From NCBI GenBank assembly GCA_964489345.1, contig CAZAYQ010000001.1:1-38963 (forward strand): a DNA stretch of 38,963 nucleotides, read 5' to 3'. Shown one piece after another: positions 1-9,584 of the stretch. The position numbers were made by a program, and so were the translations under genes. This stretch comes from an uncultured Clostridia bacterium (GTDB lineage Bacteria > Bacillota > Clostridia > Tissierellales > Sedimentibacteraceae). Position 1 is the first letter of the stretch. Each line of letters opens with the position of its first letter. The notes under the pieces are model-generated. The model was not told the DNA's origin. It saw only the letters and a program-made list of their open reading frames with translations, and made no database searches.

Positions 1-1
1 C

Positions 2-154
2 CAAACTACTGAAAGATTCAGCCAATACCTTTAATGTAATTGTTTTTCCCGTGCCTGTTGCCCCTGACACCAGACCGTGTCTATTAGTCATCTTTGGTTC
101 TAAATATACCCTTTTATCACTTTTTCCTATCCAAATTTTATTATCGGCAAACAT
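2..154 (-). CDS. DUF853 / HerA-like P-loop ATPase (YjgR family), 5' part only; runs off the window edge
   Basis: Not in the ORF track. Minus strand from ATG at 154 reads [51 protein letters not shown], matching the DUF853 N-terminal [13 protein letters not shown] Walker A motif. AGGAG RBS at 161-165. Confidence 0.85.
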   Translation of the reverse strand, partial: MFADNKIWIGKSDKRVYLEPKMTNRHGLVSGATGTGKTITLKVLAESFSSL

Positions 155-175
155 CCTACTCTCCTTTTTAAAATT

Positions 176-1129
176 TTATCTGCTTCCCTTGTCATATGGT
201 ATTCCTTCTGCTCTCGGTGCCTGTGAATTCTTTGAGGAGAAGGTCAAAACTACCAAGGTTGCTATATATGGAATCATCTTATATACTTCGTTTGATATGG
301 GTAAACCCTTAAGAAATGGTATACCTGAATAAGCTGAAGCAAATGTCTTCATTATTCCAAAGAAAAATGCAGCTACAAATATTTTTTTTGTTCTCCATTG
401 GCCAAAAATCAATACTGCTATTGCCAGGAACCCATAGCCGGCAACAGTCGCATTAAAATTTGTACTTGTTGGAACTACAAATGTAAGTCCGCCTATTCCC
501 GCTAAAATGCCTGAAATAATTACTCCTGCATATCTGATGCGGTAAACATTTATACCCACAGAATCTGCCGCCTGGGGATGTTCACCGCAAGCCCGGAGCC
601 TCAGACCGAAACGCGTATGATTTATTACAAACCATGATGTAAGAGCAATCAAAAACCCAAGATAAGTTGTTATGTAAGCATTCTTAAACAAAATGGGGCC
701 CAGTATGGGAATATCCCCTAAAATTGGAACACTTCTCATATAAAACGTATCTTTGAATTGAACCTGCTGAAGTCCTTGAATCATTCTTGCCGTATATACT
801 GCAAAGGCAGGAGCGAACATATTCAGTGCTGTACCGCTTATGGTCTGATTTGCTTTTAAATTAATTGAAGCAAATGCATGGAAGAGTGAAAATAATGCAC
901 CTGCAAGAGCCGATACCAGGACAGCCAATAACAAAAGTCCTTGTCCGCTCATAGTATCTTGAAATATATGAATAAATCCTATTCCAAAAAATGCTCCTAT
1001 TACCATTATACCTTCCAAAGCAATATTTACAATACCGCTTCTTTCAGAGAACATTCCTCCCAGGGCAACAATCAGTAGGGGAATTGCAAAATACATAGTC
1101 TGCTGTGCTATAAAATATACCGTACTCAT
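176..1129 (-). CDS. Nucleoside/simple-sugar ABC transporter permease (second subunit)
   Basis: Hydrophobic 317 aa; SERSGIVNIALEG and GLRLRACGEHPQAADSVG motifs of BPD_transp_2 nucleoside permeases; operon context. Confidence 0.92.
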   Translation of the reverse strand: MSTVYFIAQQTMYFAIPLLIVALGGMFSERSGIVNIALEGIMVIGAFFGIGFIHIFQDTMSGQGLLLLAVLVSALAGALFSLFHAFASINLKANQTISGTALNMFAPAFAVYTARMIQGLQQVQFKDTFYMRSVPILGDIPILGPILFKNAYITTYLGFLIALTSWFVINHTRFGLRLRACGEHPQAADSVGINVYRIRYAGVIISGILAGIGGLTFVVPTSTNFNATVAGYGFLAIAVLIFGQWRTKKIFVAAFFFGIMKTFASAYSGIPFLKGLPISNEVYKMIPYIATLVVLTFSSKNSQAPRAEGIPYDKGSR

Positions 1130-2287
1130 TTAAATATCCTCCCCATCAGGTTCAACCGGATAATTTGCATCAGAAATTTCAGATGCTTTTGCCGGCACTT
1201 CAATAACTCCATCTGTATCATGTCTTATAAATCTGCTCATTATTTGTTTAAACAATAATGCAAAAGCCCCGCAATAAATAATTACAGCGATAATCATATC
1301 TATTATTTCAGGCACAAAATTATAGAGCTGTATATTAAATCCTCCAACTTCCAAATGTGCTATAAAGATACCGGCTAGAAATATTCCTATGGGATGGGAC
1401 ATTCCTAACAGTGCGACGGAAATACCGCTAAAACCTTCCGGAGCCAGCACATCCAATACATGTATATACTTACCTGAACCTGAAAGGTATAATAGTCCTC
1501 CCCCAAGTCCCGATAAAGCGCCCGCTATAACCATTGACAAAATTATACTTCTCTTTTCATTTATTCCTGCATATTTGCTTGCTTCCTTATTGCTTCCGCA
1601 AGCCTTTAATTCATAGCCGAAGGTGGTTTTCTGCAGTATTATATAAATTACTATTACAGCCAATATTACTATAAATATTCCAATGCTTACATTACTGGTA
1701 TTAAAAAGCTTATCCATACCTGCTTTGGGCAGGATGGCGGTTTTCAAAACAGGTTTTGTCTGGTTTTTTAATGAATCATACACTGTTTTAACTATTGACA
1801 TATTAACCAGATACATACCGATATAATTCATCATTATTGATGTTATAACTTCATTTACATTAAAAAATGCTTTAAGGATACCCGGTCCTGACCCCCATAG
1901 GGCTCCTGCTGCCATTGCTCCCAATAATGCAGCAAGCCAGTGTATTTGTTCAGGAACAAAGGTCCACTTAATTCCTATATAAATTGCAACAAAGGCTCCT
2001 AAGGTAAATTGTCCCGATGCTCCTATGTTGAACAATCCCGTTTTAAAAGCAAAGCCTACGGATAAACCTGTCATAATAATAGGGATGGCATAATACAATA
2101 CTTGAGCTATGCCTCGTGTGCCGTCTGCAAAACCTCCTTTTAAAATCGTTAAAAAAGCAGGAAAAGCATCTTCTGCATTACTTATTAATAATATTATAAG
2201 ACCAACCAGGAGCCCTGCTAAAATAGCCATCAAAGAAGCTAAAAAACTGGTAAAACCTTCAAACTGAAACAGTTTAATTCTTTTCAT
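1130..2287 (-). CDS. Nucleoside/simple-sugar ABC transporter permease (first subunit)
   Basis: GLFNIGASGQ, NVNEVITSIMMNY and GYELKACG motifs; multiple TM segments; abuts neighbours. Confidence 0.92.
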   Translation of the reverse strand: MKRIKLFQFEGFTSFLASLMAILAGLLVGLIILLISNAEDAFPAFLTILKGGFADGTRGIAQVLYYAIPIIMTGLSVGFAFKTGLFNIGASGQFTLGAFVAIYIGIKWTFVPEQIHWLAALLGAMAAGALWGSGPGILKAFFNVNEVITSIMMNYIGMYLVNMSIVKTVYDSLKNQTKPVLKTAILPKAGMDKLFNTSNVSIGIFIVILAVIVIYIILQKTTFGYELKACGSNKEASKYAGINEKRSIILSMVIAGALSGLGGGLLYLSGSGKYIHVLDVLAPEGFSGISVALLGMSHPIGIFLAGIFIAHLEVGGFNIQLYNFVPEIIDMIIAVIIYCGAFALLFKQIMSRFIRHDTDGVIEVPAKASEISDANYPVEPDGEDI

Positions 2288-2292
2288 GCTTT

Positions 2293-3810
2293 TTACCCCC
2301 TCTTTGATCCGGCCATATAAAGACCTAATTCTTCTACAGTAATTTTTTTGGGGTTTAAATCGCCTACAATTTCTCCCTCGTATATTACCAGGATTCTATC
2401 GCTTACATCCATTACCTCATCAAGTTCCAAAGATACTAAAAGCACTGCTTTTCCCTGGTCCCTCTGAGCTATCAGCTGCTTATGAATGTATTCGGTGGCA
2501 CCTATATCAAGTCCTCTTGTAGGCTGAACGGCCATTACAATATCCGGGTCCTTGTCAAGCTCTCTTGCAATTATAAGTTTTTGCTGATTGCCTCCGGACA
2601 TATTCCCAACTATTGAATCTTCATCTCTGGGGCTTCTTATATCGTATTGTTTTATTAATTTTTTGGCGTATTCTCTTACTGCATTAAATTTTATAAATCC
2701 TTTGTTTTGAAAGCGGGGTTGAAAGTAAGTTTGTAAAACACAATTCTGTTTAAGATCAAAATTCAATATTAAGCCGTGCTTATGCCTGTCTTCAGGTATA
2801 TGGGACATACCGCCAAGACTTTTTTTTCTGACTGATTCCTTTGTAATATCTTTTCCCTTTAATAGTACATGTCCTTCATTAATAGGTATGAGACCTGTTA
2901 TTCCATAAACCAGTTCAGACTGCCCGTTGCCGTCAATACCGGCTATGCAAAGAATCTCTCCCGCTTTAACTTTAAAAGATACATCGTTAACCATATTTTT
3001 TTTTGAATTCTTTGCTGTGACAGTCAAATTCTTAACTTCAAGAATCGCCTGGCCTGTCTCTATATCATCCTTTTCTATATTAAAATTTATTTTACGTCCC
3101 ACCATCATTTCTGACATCTGTTCCTTACTTGTTGTTTCTACATCAACAGTTCCAATATATTTGCCTTTACGTAAAACTGTACACCTATCAGCTGCTTCTT
3201 TAATTTCATTTAATTTATGGGAGATGAAAACAATTGATTTTCCTTCCTTCACTAATTCTTTCATTATTTTCATTAATTCTTCAATTTCCTGAGGTGTTAA
3301 AACGGCTGTAGGCTCATCAAAGATTAATATTTCGCTGTCTGAATACAGCATTTTAAGTATCTCAACCCTTTGCTGCATTCCCACGGTTATATCAGAAATA
3401 TATGCATCCGGGTCGATTCTTAATTTATAGCGTTGGCTTAAGTCTATAACCTTTTTTCTTGCATCATCCTTCTTTAAGATACCCAGGTTTACGGTTTCTC
3501 TGCCTAAAATAATGCTTTCAAGCACCGTAAAATTATGAACAAGTTTGAAATGCTGGTGAACCATTCCTATTTTTATAGAGCTTGCATCATTAGGGTTTTC
3601 AATTTTAACAGGATTGCCGTTAATTTTTATAGTGCCTTTATCTGCTTGATATAAACCGAATAAAATACTCATCAAAGTAGATTTCCCGGCCCCGTTTTCT
3701 CCCAAAAGGGCATGTACTTCACCTTTTTTGACATTTAAAGTTACATCATCAAGAGCTTTAAAATTACCGAACATTTTGGTAATATTGTTCATTTCAATTA
3801 CATAATCCAT
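2293..3810 (-). CDS. Nucleoside/sugar ABC transporter ATP-binding protein (two ABC domains)
   Basis: GENGAGKST Walker A, LIFDEPT Walker B, MSGGNQQK signature, QPTRGLD; 505 aa. Confidence 0.95.
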   Translation of the reverse strand: MDYVIEMNNITKMFGNFKALDDVTLNVKKGEVHALLGENGAGKSTLMSILFGLYQADKGTIKINGNPVKIENPNDASSIKIGMVHQHFKLVHNFTVLESIILGRETVNLGILKKDDARKKVIDLSQRYKLRIDPDAYISDITVGMQQRVEILKMLYSDSEILIFDEPTAVLTPQEIEELMKIMKELVKEGKSIVFISHKLNEIKEAADRCTVLRKGKYIGTVDVETTSKEQMSEMMVGRKINFNIEKDDIETGQAILEVKNLTVTAKNSKKNMVNDVSFKVKAGEILCIAGIDGNGQSELVYGITGLIPINEGHVLLKGKDITKESVRKKSLGGMSHIPEDRHKHGLILNFDLKQNCVLQTYFQPRFQNKGFIKFNAVREYAKKLIKQYDIRSPRDEDSIVGNMSGGNQQKLIIARELDKDPDIVMAVQPTRGLDIGATEYIHKQLIAQRDQGKAVLLVSLELDEVMDVSDRILVIYEGEIVGDLNPKKITVEELGLYMAGSKRG

Positions 3811-3842
3811 ATAAGTACCTGCCCTTTAATTTAATAAGGAAG

Positions 3843-3910
3843 GGGGACACACCTTCAGAGGTATAGAAACTGAAAAAAGGTTATAATATTCAGTCTGAAG
3901 GAATGTCCCC
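3843..3910. repeat. Intergenic inverted-repeat element, copy A (GGGACACACCTT...AAGGAATGTCCCC)
   Basis: 17-bp arms ggggacacaccttcaga (3843-3859) and tctgaaggaatgtcccc (3894-3910) around an inner ACTGAA/TTCAGT stem; same termini as the element at 37028-37085. Confidence 0.8.
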
Positions 3911-3919
3911 AATAAATAT

Positions 3920-5104
3920 CTATCTGATTACTTCTACTTGAACCTTGCTGACAGGAATGTCTGCTGCTGAAACCTGATCAGCTTCTTTTCCTGAATCTTC
4001 AACAACATCTGCATCGTTCATTATTTCAATTTGCTGTCCTACTATTTTCCCGTAAATTCCATCATAGTCAGTTTGTGTGAAAGTTTCAAATCTTGAATTT
4101 TCCATCGGCAATTGTACGCCTTCAACAGTTGCATCCAAAGTTACAGAAGTTCCTCCGGGGAAACTGCCGCCGTAATATGCTGCTAAAGCATCATATACTG
4201 ATTTTGAAAGGTTCTTCATTGATGATGTAATAACTGTATCTGATTCTTGAGATTGGTCAACGTCAACACCGATTACTTTTGTATCTGCTGCCTCTGCTGC
4301 TTTCATAACTGAGTTTCCTACAGCACCGCCGCAAGCAAATATAACTTCAGTTCCTTCATTGTACCAGGCTGCTGCTTTTGCCTGGTTTTCAGGAGTAGCA
4401 TCAAAATTTCCCACATAAGTATATTTTACTTGAACAGGGTCTGTTAAGCCCATTTCATGTGCTGCATATTCAGCACCTTGAACATATCCGTAACCGAAAC
4501 GAACAACAGCAGGAACTGCCATGCCGCCCATAAAGCCTAACTTGCTGTATCCTTCTTTTACTATGCTGTATCCTGCCAAGAAACCTGCTTCTTCTTCAGC
4601 ATAGAATATAGAATATGTATTATCGGCAATGTCATTAACCCAGTCACCTGCGTGAGGTGCACCGTCAAGAATTACAAATTTTACATCAGGATATTGTCTT
4701 TGTACTGTATGAATAGGAACTTCAAACAAGAATCCCGGGCATACTATAACCTTTGCTCCTGCTTTAACTGCCAAATCTATTGAAGTCACATAAGCAGTGT
4801 CTGATTGCTCAGATGGTTGATAATACTTGTATGTAATATTGTTTTCTACAGCATAGGCTTCTACCCCTTCCCAAGCACCCTGGTTGAACGATTTGTCGTC
4901 AATTGTTCCAACGTCAGTTATTAGGGCTAATTCAAAAACATTAGCTGCCGGCTCTACCGGTTTTTCCGGCTCTTCCGGTGTCTCCGGTGTCTCCGGTGTT
5001 TCCGGTTCTTCCGGTGCTTTCGGTTGATTGTTAGCACATGCTGAAAAAGCAAAGAGCATAATGAACACAAGTGCTACAATTGCCAACTTTCTCCATGATT
5101 TCAT
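3920..5104 (-). CDS. BMP family (PnrA-like) nucleoside-binding lipoprotein
   Basis: Lipobox FSAC, Pro/Glu linker, DVGTIDDKSFNQGAWEG and IGVDVDQ motifs; upstream of ABC ATPase and permeases. Confidence 0.93.
   Translation of the reverse strand: MKSWRKLAIVALVFIMLFAFSACANNQPKAPEEPETPETPETPEEPEKPVEPAANVFELALITDVGTIDDKSFNQGAWEGVEAYAVENNITYKYYQPSEQSDTAYVTSIDLAVKAGAKVIVCPGFLFEVPIHTVQRQYPDVKFVILDGAPHAGDWVNDIADNTYSIFYAEEEAGFLAGYSIVKEGYSKLGFMGGMAVPAVVRFGYGYVQGAEYAAHEMGLTDPVQVKYTYVGNFDATPENQAKAAAWYNEGTEVIFACGGAVGNSVMKAAEAADTKVIGVDVDQSQESDTVITSSMKNLSKSVYDALAAYYGGSFPGGTSVTLDATVEGVQLPMENSRFETFTQTDYDGIYGKIVGQQIEIMNDADVVEDSGKEADQVSAADIPVSKVQVEVIR
4948..5014 (-). repeat. In-frame 9-bp tandem repeat encoding the PEE/PET linker of the BMP lipoprotein
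   Basis: CCGG recurs every 9 nt eight times (4948, 4957, 4966, 4975, 4984, 4993, 5002, 5011); protein PEEPETPETPETPEEPEKPVEP. Confidence 0.85.
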
Positions 5105-5146
5105 GATATTAATTCCTCCATTTTATAAAGTTTATATAAAGAACGC

Positions 5147-5797
5147 CTAAGCGTTATTTATCAGTTTAATGGCAGAAGAGGTCCCTAATCTGGAACAGCC
5201 TGCGTAAATAAAAGCTTCCATATCCTTTAAAGTTTTTATACTGCCGGAAGCTTTAATTTTAACATTTTGTCCAATATGTTTTTTAAATAAGAGAACATCC
5301 TCTATTGTTGCACCCCCTGTACCAAAACCTGTTGATGTCTTTATGTAATCTGCTTTTGAACTGGTCACTGCATGACACATTTGAATTTTTTCTTCTTCTG
5401 TCAGGTAACATGTTTCCACAATTACCTTAAGAATATGATCTCCTGCAATTTCCTTTAAAATTCGGATTTCATTCTCAACCTTCTTGTAATCTTTATTTTT
5501 TACATCAGTAATATTTATTACCATATCGATTTCATTAACGCCGTCTTTAAGAGCCTGTATACATTCTTCAGCCTTTGCCCCTGTAGTTGAGTATCCCAGA
5601 GGAAAACCGACAACAGTACATATATTAACCTTATCACCGTATTCATCATGAATTCTTTTTATGTAATTTGGAGGTATGCATACTGATGCCGTTTTATACT
5701 TTATAGCTTCATCGCATAAAATACGAATATCTTCCCAGGCTGCATAAGCTTTCAACAAGGTGTGGTCAACATATTTCATTATTTCAAGATTATCCAT
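5147..5797 (-). CDS. deoC: Deoxyribose-phosphate aldolase
   Basis: VDHTLLK, TVVGFPLG, EIDMVIN, KVIVET, YIKTSTGF (Schiff-base Lys) and RLGTSS motifs. Confidence 0.97.
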   Translation of the reverse strand: MDNLEIMKYVDHTLLKAYAAWEDIRILCDEAIKYKTASVCIPPNYIKRIHDEYGDKVNICTVVGFPLGYSTTGAKAEECIQALKDGVNEIDMVINITDVKNKDYKKVENEIRILKEIAGDHILKVIVETCYLTEEEKIQMCHAVTSSKADYIKTSTGFGTGGATIEDVLLFKKHIGQNVKIKASGSIKTLKDMEAFIYAGCSRLGTSSAIKLINNA

Positions 5798-5826
5798 AGG
5801 AGCCTCCTTACCTATTTAATAGAATA

Positions 5827-5855
5827 AGTTTAGCACAAAATGAGCAATTCGTCAA
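5827..5855 (-). promoter_or_regulatory. Sigma-A-type promoter of the deoC-nucleoside ABC operon
   Basis: Minus strand TTGACG-17 nt-TAAACT with an extended -10 TG. Confidence 0.6.
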
Positions 5856-5885
5856 TTATTGATGAAAATATCTTAGGGGAGCTTT

Positions 5886-8800
5886 CTATGATATTTGAAT
5901 TGCTTTTCCGGTTGAAAAGAGGTATAAATAACATTCTTTAACTTTTATGCCGGTTATTTTCTCTAAAGCTTCCTTGTACAGGGCAAGCTGGTCCTTGTAT
6001 TCTTCTTTAAGCTTGCTGATTTGAGCGGCAGTATTTTTTGTTTCATCAATTTTATCAGTTTTGTAATCAATAATTACTGCCTTCCCGCCCTCTATGAAAT
6101 AAGAGTCAATTATACCCTGGACAAGAATTAAGTCTTCTTCATCAAGACTTTTTAACACATCCTTTGCCTTCTTTCTGAATACAAAGGGTGCTTCCCTGTA
6201 GACCAAATCCGAAGAAACCATTCTTTTTCCAATGGGGCTTTTGAAAAACTTTTCAATTTTTTCTGCATATGCCCTTACTGCAATTTTTGCTTCAGCTTCT
6301 GTAAGAAGCTTTTTTTCTTCCATTTGTTTTATTGTTTTAATTATACCGGAGCTTTTTAAATCGCCTTTCAAGTCTAAATGCTCCATTACATAGTGAAGCA
6401 GACTTCCTATTTCTGCACCTGTAATTTCTTTATTCAAATTGAATGTATTGTCCCTTTCATCGTAGATAAACATATCAACTAAGGTTGGAATTTTATATCT
6501 TAATTTGGGAAACTCTTTGTTTCCCAAGTTTTTAAGCTCTGTTACAGAAAGCTTTGTCGGTACATTTACTGAAGCTGTATAGGGGTATTTAAAGCTTAAC
6601 CGCCTTCTTATTTCCTGGTAATGGGGACTGTTCTCTTTATTTTTAAAATCATTTAATTCTTTAATTTTATTTTCTCTTAAGTTGAACTCATCATTAACAT
6701 TTAAACTCAAATCAGAAAGTGATATAAGTTTTAAATCCCATTTCTTCCACTGACCTTTTTGAACTATTTCATTAAAATCCTTAAAATTCACTTTCTCAAA
6801 TAAAGAACTGCATATCCAGTCCATATATGAAAGACCCTTGAATACAAAATATTTAGAGTGGCCCCTTCGCCAAATTCTTTGCTTCTGCTCCAAATTGCCC
6901 ACTGTTCCTGCCATTATCAGCCTGTCTTCTGCCCTGGTCATTGCAACATACAAAACTCTCATTTCTTCAGAAATATTTTCTTTTTTGAGTTTCAGTTTAA
7001 TTGCTCTTCGTGCCAGTGTTTCTTTTTCTGTCCTATTATTAATATTTATAAACTTTGGAGCAATGCCGTAGTCCTTATGCATTAATATTTTATTTCTTGT
7101 ATCCTGCAGATTAAACTGTTTGTTAAGGCCGCAAAGAATAACTACGGGAAATTCAAGACCCTTGGATTTATGAACTGACATAAGCCTTACTACATTGTCG
7201 TTTTCCCCCAGTGTTTTGGCTTGTCCCCTGTCATCAGCCCCCTTTGTTACCTTTTCAATGTATCTTAAGAATTTAAACAAGCCCCTCATTGATGTTTTTT
7301 CAAATATATATGCCAAATCAGCCAGCATCCTTAAATTGGCCTGTCTCATTTTTCCGTTTGGAAGGGCCCCGGCAAAATTGTAATAATTTGATTCCATCAA
7401 AATTCCCCAAATTAATTCATTAAGATCCATATACCTGCTTTTGTAAGACCAGGAATATATTTTTTCTATAAAATCTTTTATCTTGCAGGCCAATTCAGAA
7501 GTTTCCCCATCTTTTTGTGATTGCATATATATAGTAACAGCATCTATAAAGTGTTTTTCCTTAGGGCTTGTAAGTCTTATTTCCAATAGCTCACCAGTAG
7601 AAAAATTGCCCATAGGCGACCTCATAACGCTTAAAAGTGCTATATCCTGTCTTATGTTATCAATCAGCTTCAGAAGATTTATGACAATTTTAACTTCCAA
7701 TGCTTCATAATAGCCCTTTCCCCCGTCATAGTAAAACGGAATATCCTCTTTATTGAATCTTTCCTCAAATATACCTGCCCAGTTTGATACTGCTCTTAGT
7801 AAAATTACAATATCCTTATAATCTATTTCTTCTTTTATCAATTCTTTTATTTTCTTTGCAGCAAACAAAGCTTCAAGTTCGGCTGTTTGCATGGATTCAA
7901 TTTCAAGCTCTATTTGACTTTTTGCCTGATTGGAATTTTCGCTGACCCCTTCATCATCATCTTCGTCTGCCCTTAAAGAAGTATTCTTCACTATTATATT
8001 AAGTTCAACGGGAATGTTTGCAGGAAACTTCGTTCCTGTATTAAGAGCTGCTTTTTCATCGTAGTCAACTTCCCCTAAGTCTTTTGTCATAATATTTTTA
8101 AACACAAAATTAACAGCTTTTAAAATTTCATCCCTGCTTCTGAAATTTTTATTTAGATCAATAGTTCTGTTTATTATATCATCACCCAGTTCAGGCCTGT
8201 CTTGAGTGTAGGTTTCATATTTATAGTTGAAAATACCGGGGTCTGCCAGCCTGAATCTGTATATGCTCTGCTTTACATCTCCTACCATGAATAAATTGTT
8301 TTCTCTTTTGATCTGCCCTATGATTGTTTCCTGCAGACTGTTTGAATCCTGGTATTCATCTATGAAAATATAAGAATATTTTTTCCTGTAATGGTCAGCC
8401 GCTTCTGAAGGCTTGAATTCACCTTTCTCATTTTTGTTTCTTAATATAGCTAATGCATAATGCTCTAAATCATTAAAATCAGCTATGGACTTTTCTCTCT
8501 TTTTTTCTTTGTAATATTTGTCTGTCTTTATGATTAATTCTCTTAATGAAGCAATCGACCCGTGCATTTCATTAATTTCACATGCGTACTTGTCATAATC
8601 CAAATCATAAGGAAGCTCTGTTTTTATTGAAGCAATAAGAGCTTTGTATTTTGCCCTCATGCTGTTATTGTTTTTTGAGCCGGCAACTTCAATTTGCTTT
8701 TCTATATCTACATGAGCATTGTCCTTTTCCTTAAAAGGGGCGGCTCTCGGTGCCTTAAAATCCTTAAGGGCAGTTATGAATTCTTCCATATCCCTGTCAA

Positions 8801-9584
8801 GAAGCCTTATAAGATTATCAACCAGGTCCATATCCTTTTTTAAAGTATCCAAATAAAGATCAGGACCATCAGCTTCGTTGCATATTTCAAGAGCAGTAAA
8901 GATGTATCCCTTGGCACCGTCCAGCATAAGCATAATATAGCTTTTTATTTCATCAAGCCACTTTGAATTTTTAAGGTCTTGACCTGTTATATGAAGTTTT
9001 TCAACACTTTCTTCAAGCCAGGCAAAAGGATCCGGGAAGCTTAAAATAAACTTGTAGCTTGATTGAATTATTAAGCTGAGGTCTTCATCCCCTCTGTTTC
9101 CGGTAAACCCTTCAACCAATTTTCTGAAATTTTCATTATTGTTAATTTCTTCATATTCTTCTTCTAATGCTTCATCTATGGATTCCTGCAAAAGTATACC
9201 TAATTCACTTTCATCGCCCACCCTGAAATTTGGGTCAAGGTCAGCCGAATGGAAGTTTTTCTTTACTATATCCATACAAAAGGAGTCAATTGTAGTAATC
9301 ATAGACCTGTTTAAAAGGGATAATTGTTTTCTTAAATGCTTTACATTTCCTTCCCTGCTTTGAACGGCTTTTACCAGTGAGCTTTGGAGCTTCTTCTTCA
9401 TACCGGCGGCAGCTGCCTTGGTAAATGTAACTACCAGGAGTCTGTCTATATCTTCGCCGTTTTTTATGAGGGTAATTATTCTTTCAACCATTACAGCAGT
9501 TTTCCCTGAACCGGCTGCGGCTGAAACCAATATATTAGAATTTTTCAGCTCTATTATACGCTTTTGTTCTTTTGTCCAATTCAT
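5886..9584 (-). CDS. addA: ATP-dependent helicase/nuclease AddAB subunit A
   Basis: AAAGSGKT, FIDEYQDS, VGDVKQSIYRFR, LMSVHKSKGLEF, YVAMTRA and a C-terminal RecB-type nuclease (QGIID...IDYKTD...QLALY); 1232 aa; overlaps addB. Confidence 0.97.
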   Translation of the reverse strand: MNWTKEQKRIIELKNSNILVSAAAGSGKTAVMVERIITLIKNGEDIDRLLVVTFTKAAAAGMKKKLQSSLVKAVQSREGNVKHLRKQLSLLNRSMITTIDSFCMDIVKKNFHSADLDPNFRVGDESELGILLQESIDEALEEEYEEINNNENFRKLVEGFTGNRGDEDLSLIIQSSYKFILSFPDPFAWLEESVEKLHITGQDLKNSKWLDEIKSYIMLMLDGAKGYIFTALEICNEADGPDLYLDTLKKDMDLVDNLIRLLDRDMEEFITALKDFKAPRAAPFKEKDNAHVDIEKQIEVAGSKNNNSMRAKYKALIASIKTELPYDLDYDKYACEINEMHGSIASLRELIIKTDKYYKEKKREKSIADFNDLEHYALAILRNKNEKGEFKPSEAADHYRKKYSYIFIDEYQDSNSLQETIIGQIKRENNLFMVGDVKQSIYRFRLADPGIFNYKYETYTQDRPELGDDIINRTIDLNKNFRSRDEILKAVNFVFKNIMTKDLGEVDYDEKAALNTGTKFPANIPVELNIIVKNTSLRADEDDDEGVSENSNQAKSQIELEIESMQTAELEALFAAKKIKELIKEEIDYKDIVILLRAVSNWAGIFEERFNKEDIPFYYDGGKGYYEALEVKIVINLLKLIDNIRQDIALLSVMRSPMGNFSTGELLEIRLTSPKEKHFIDAVTIYMQSQKDGETSELACKIKDFIEKIYSWSYKSRYMDLNELIWGILMESNYYNFAGALPNGKMRQANLRMLADLAYIFEKTSMRGLFKFLRYIEKVTKGADDRGQAKTLGENDNVVRLMSVHKSKGLEFPVVILCGLNKQFNLQDTRNKILMHKDYGIAPKFININNRTEKETLARRAIKLKLKKENISEEMRVLYVAMTRAEDRLIMAGTVGNLEQKQRIWRRGHSKYFVFKGLSYMDWICSSLFEKVNFKDFNEIVQKGQWKKWDLKLISLSDLSLNVNDEFNLRENKIKELNDFKNKENSPHYQEIRRRLSFKYPYTASVNVPTKLSVTELKNLGNKEFPKLRYKIPTLVDMFIYDERDNTFNLNKEITGAEIGSLLHYVMEHLDLKGDLKSSGIIKTIKQMEEKKLLTEAEAKIAVRAYAEKIEKFFKSPIGKRMVSSDLVYREAPFVFRKKAKDVLKSLDEEDLILVQGIIDSYFIEGGKAVIIDYKTDKIDETKNTAAQISKLKEEYKDQLALYKEALEKITGIKVKECYLYLFSTGKAIQIS

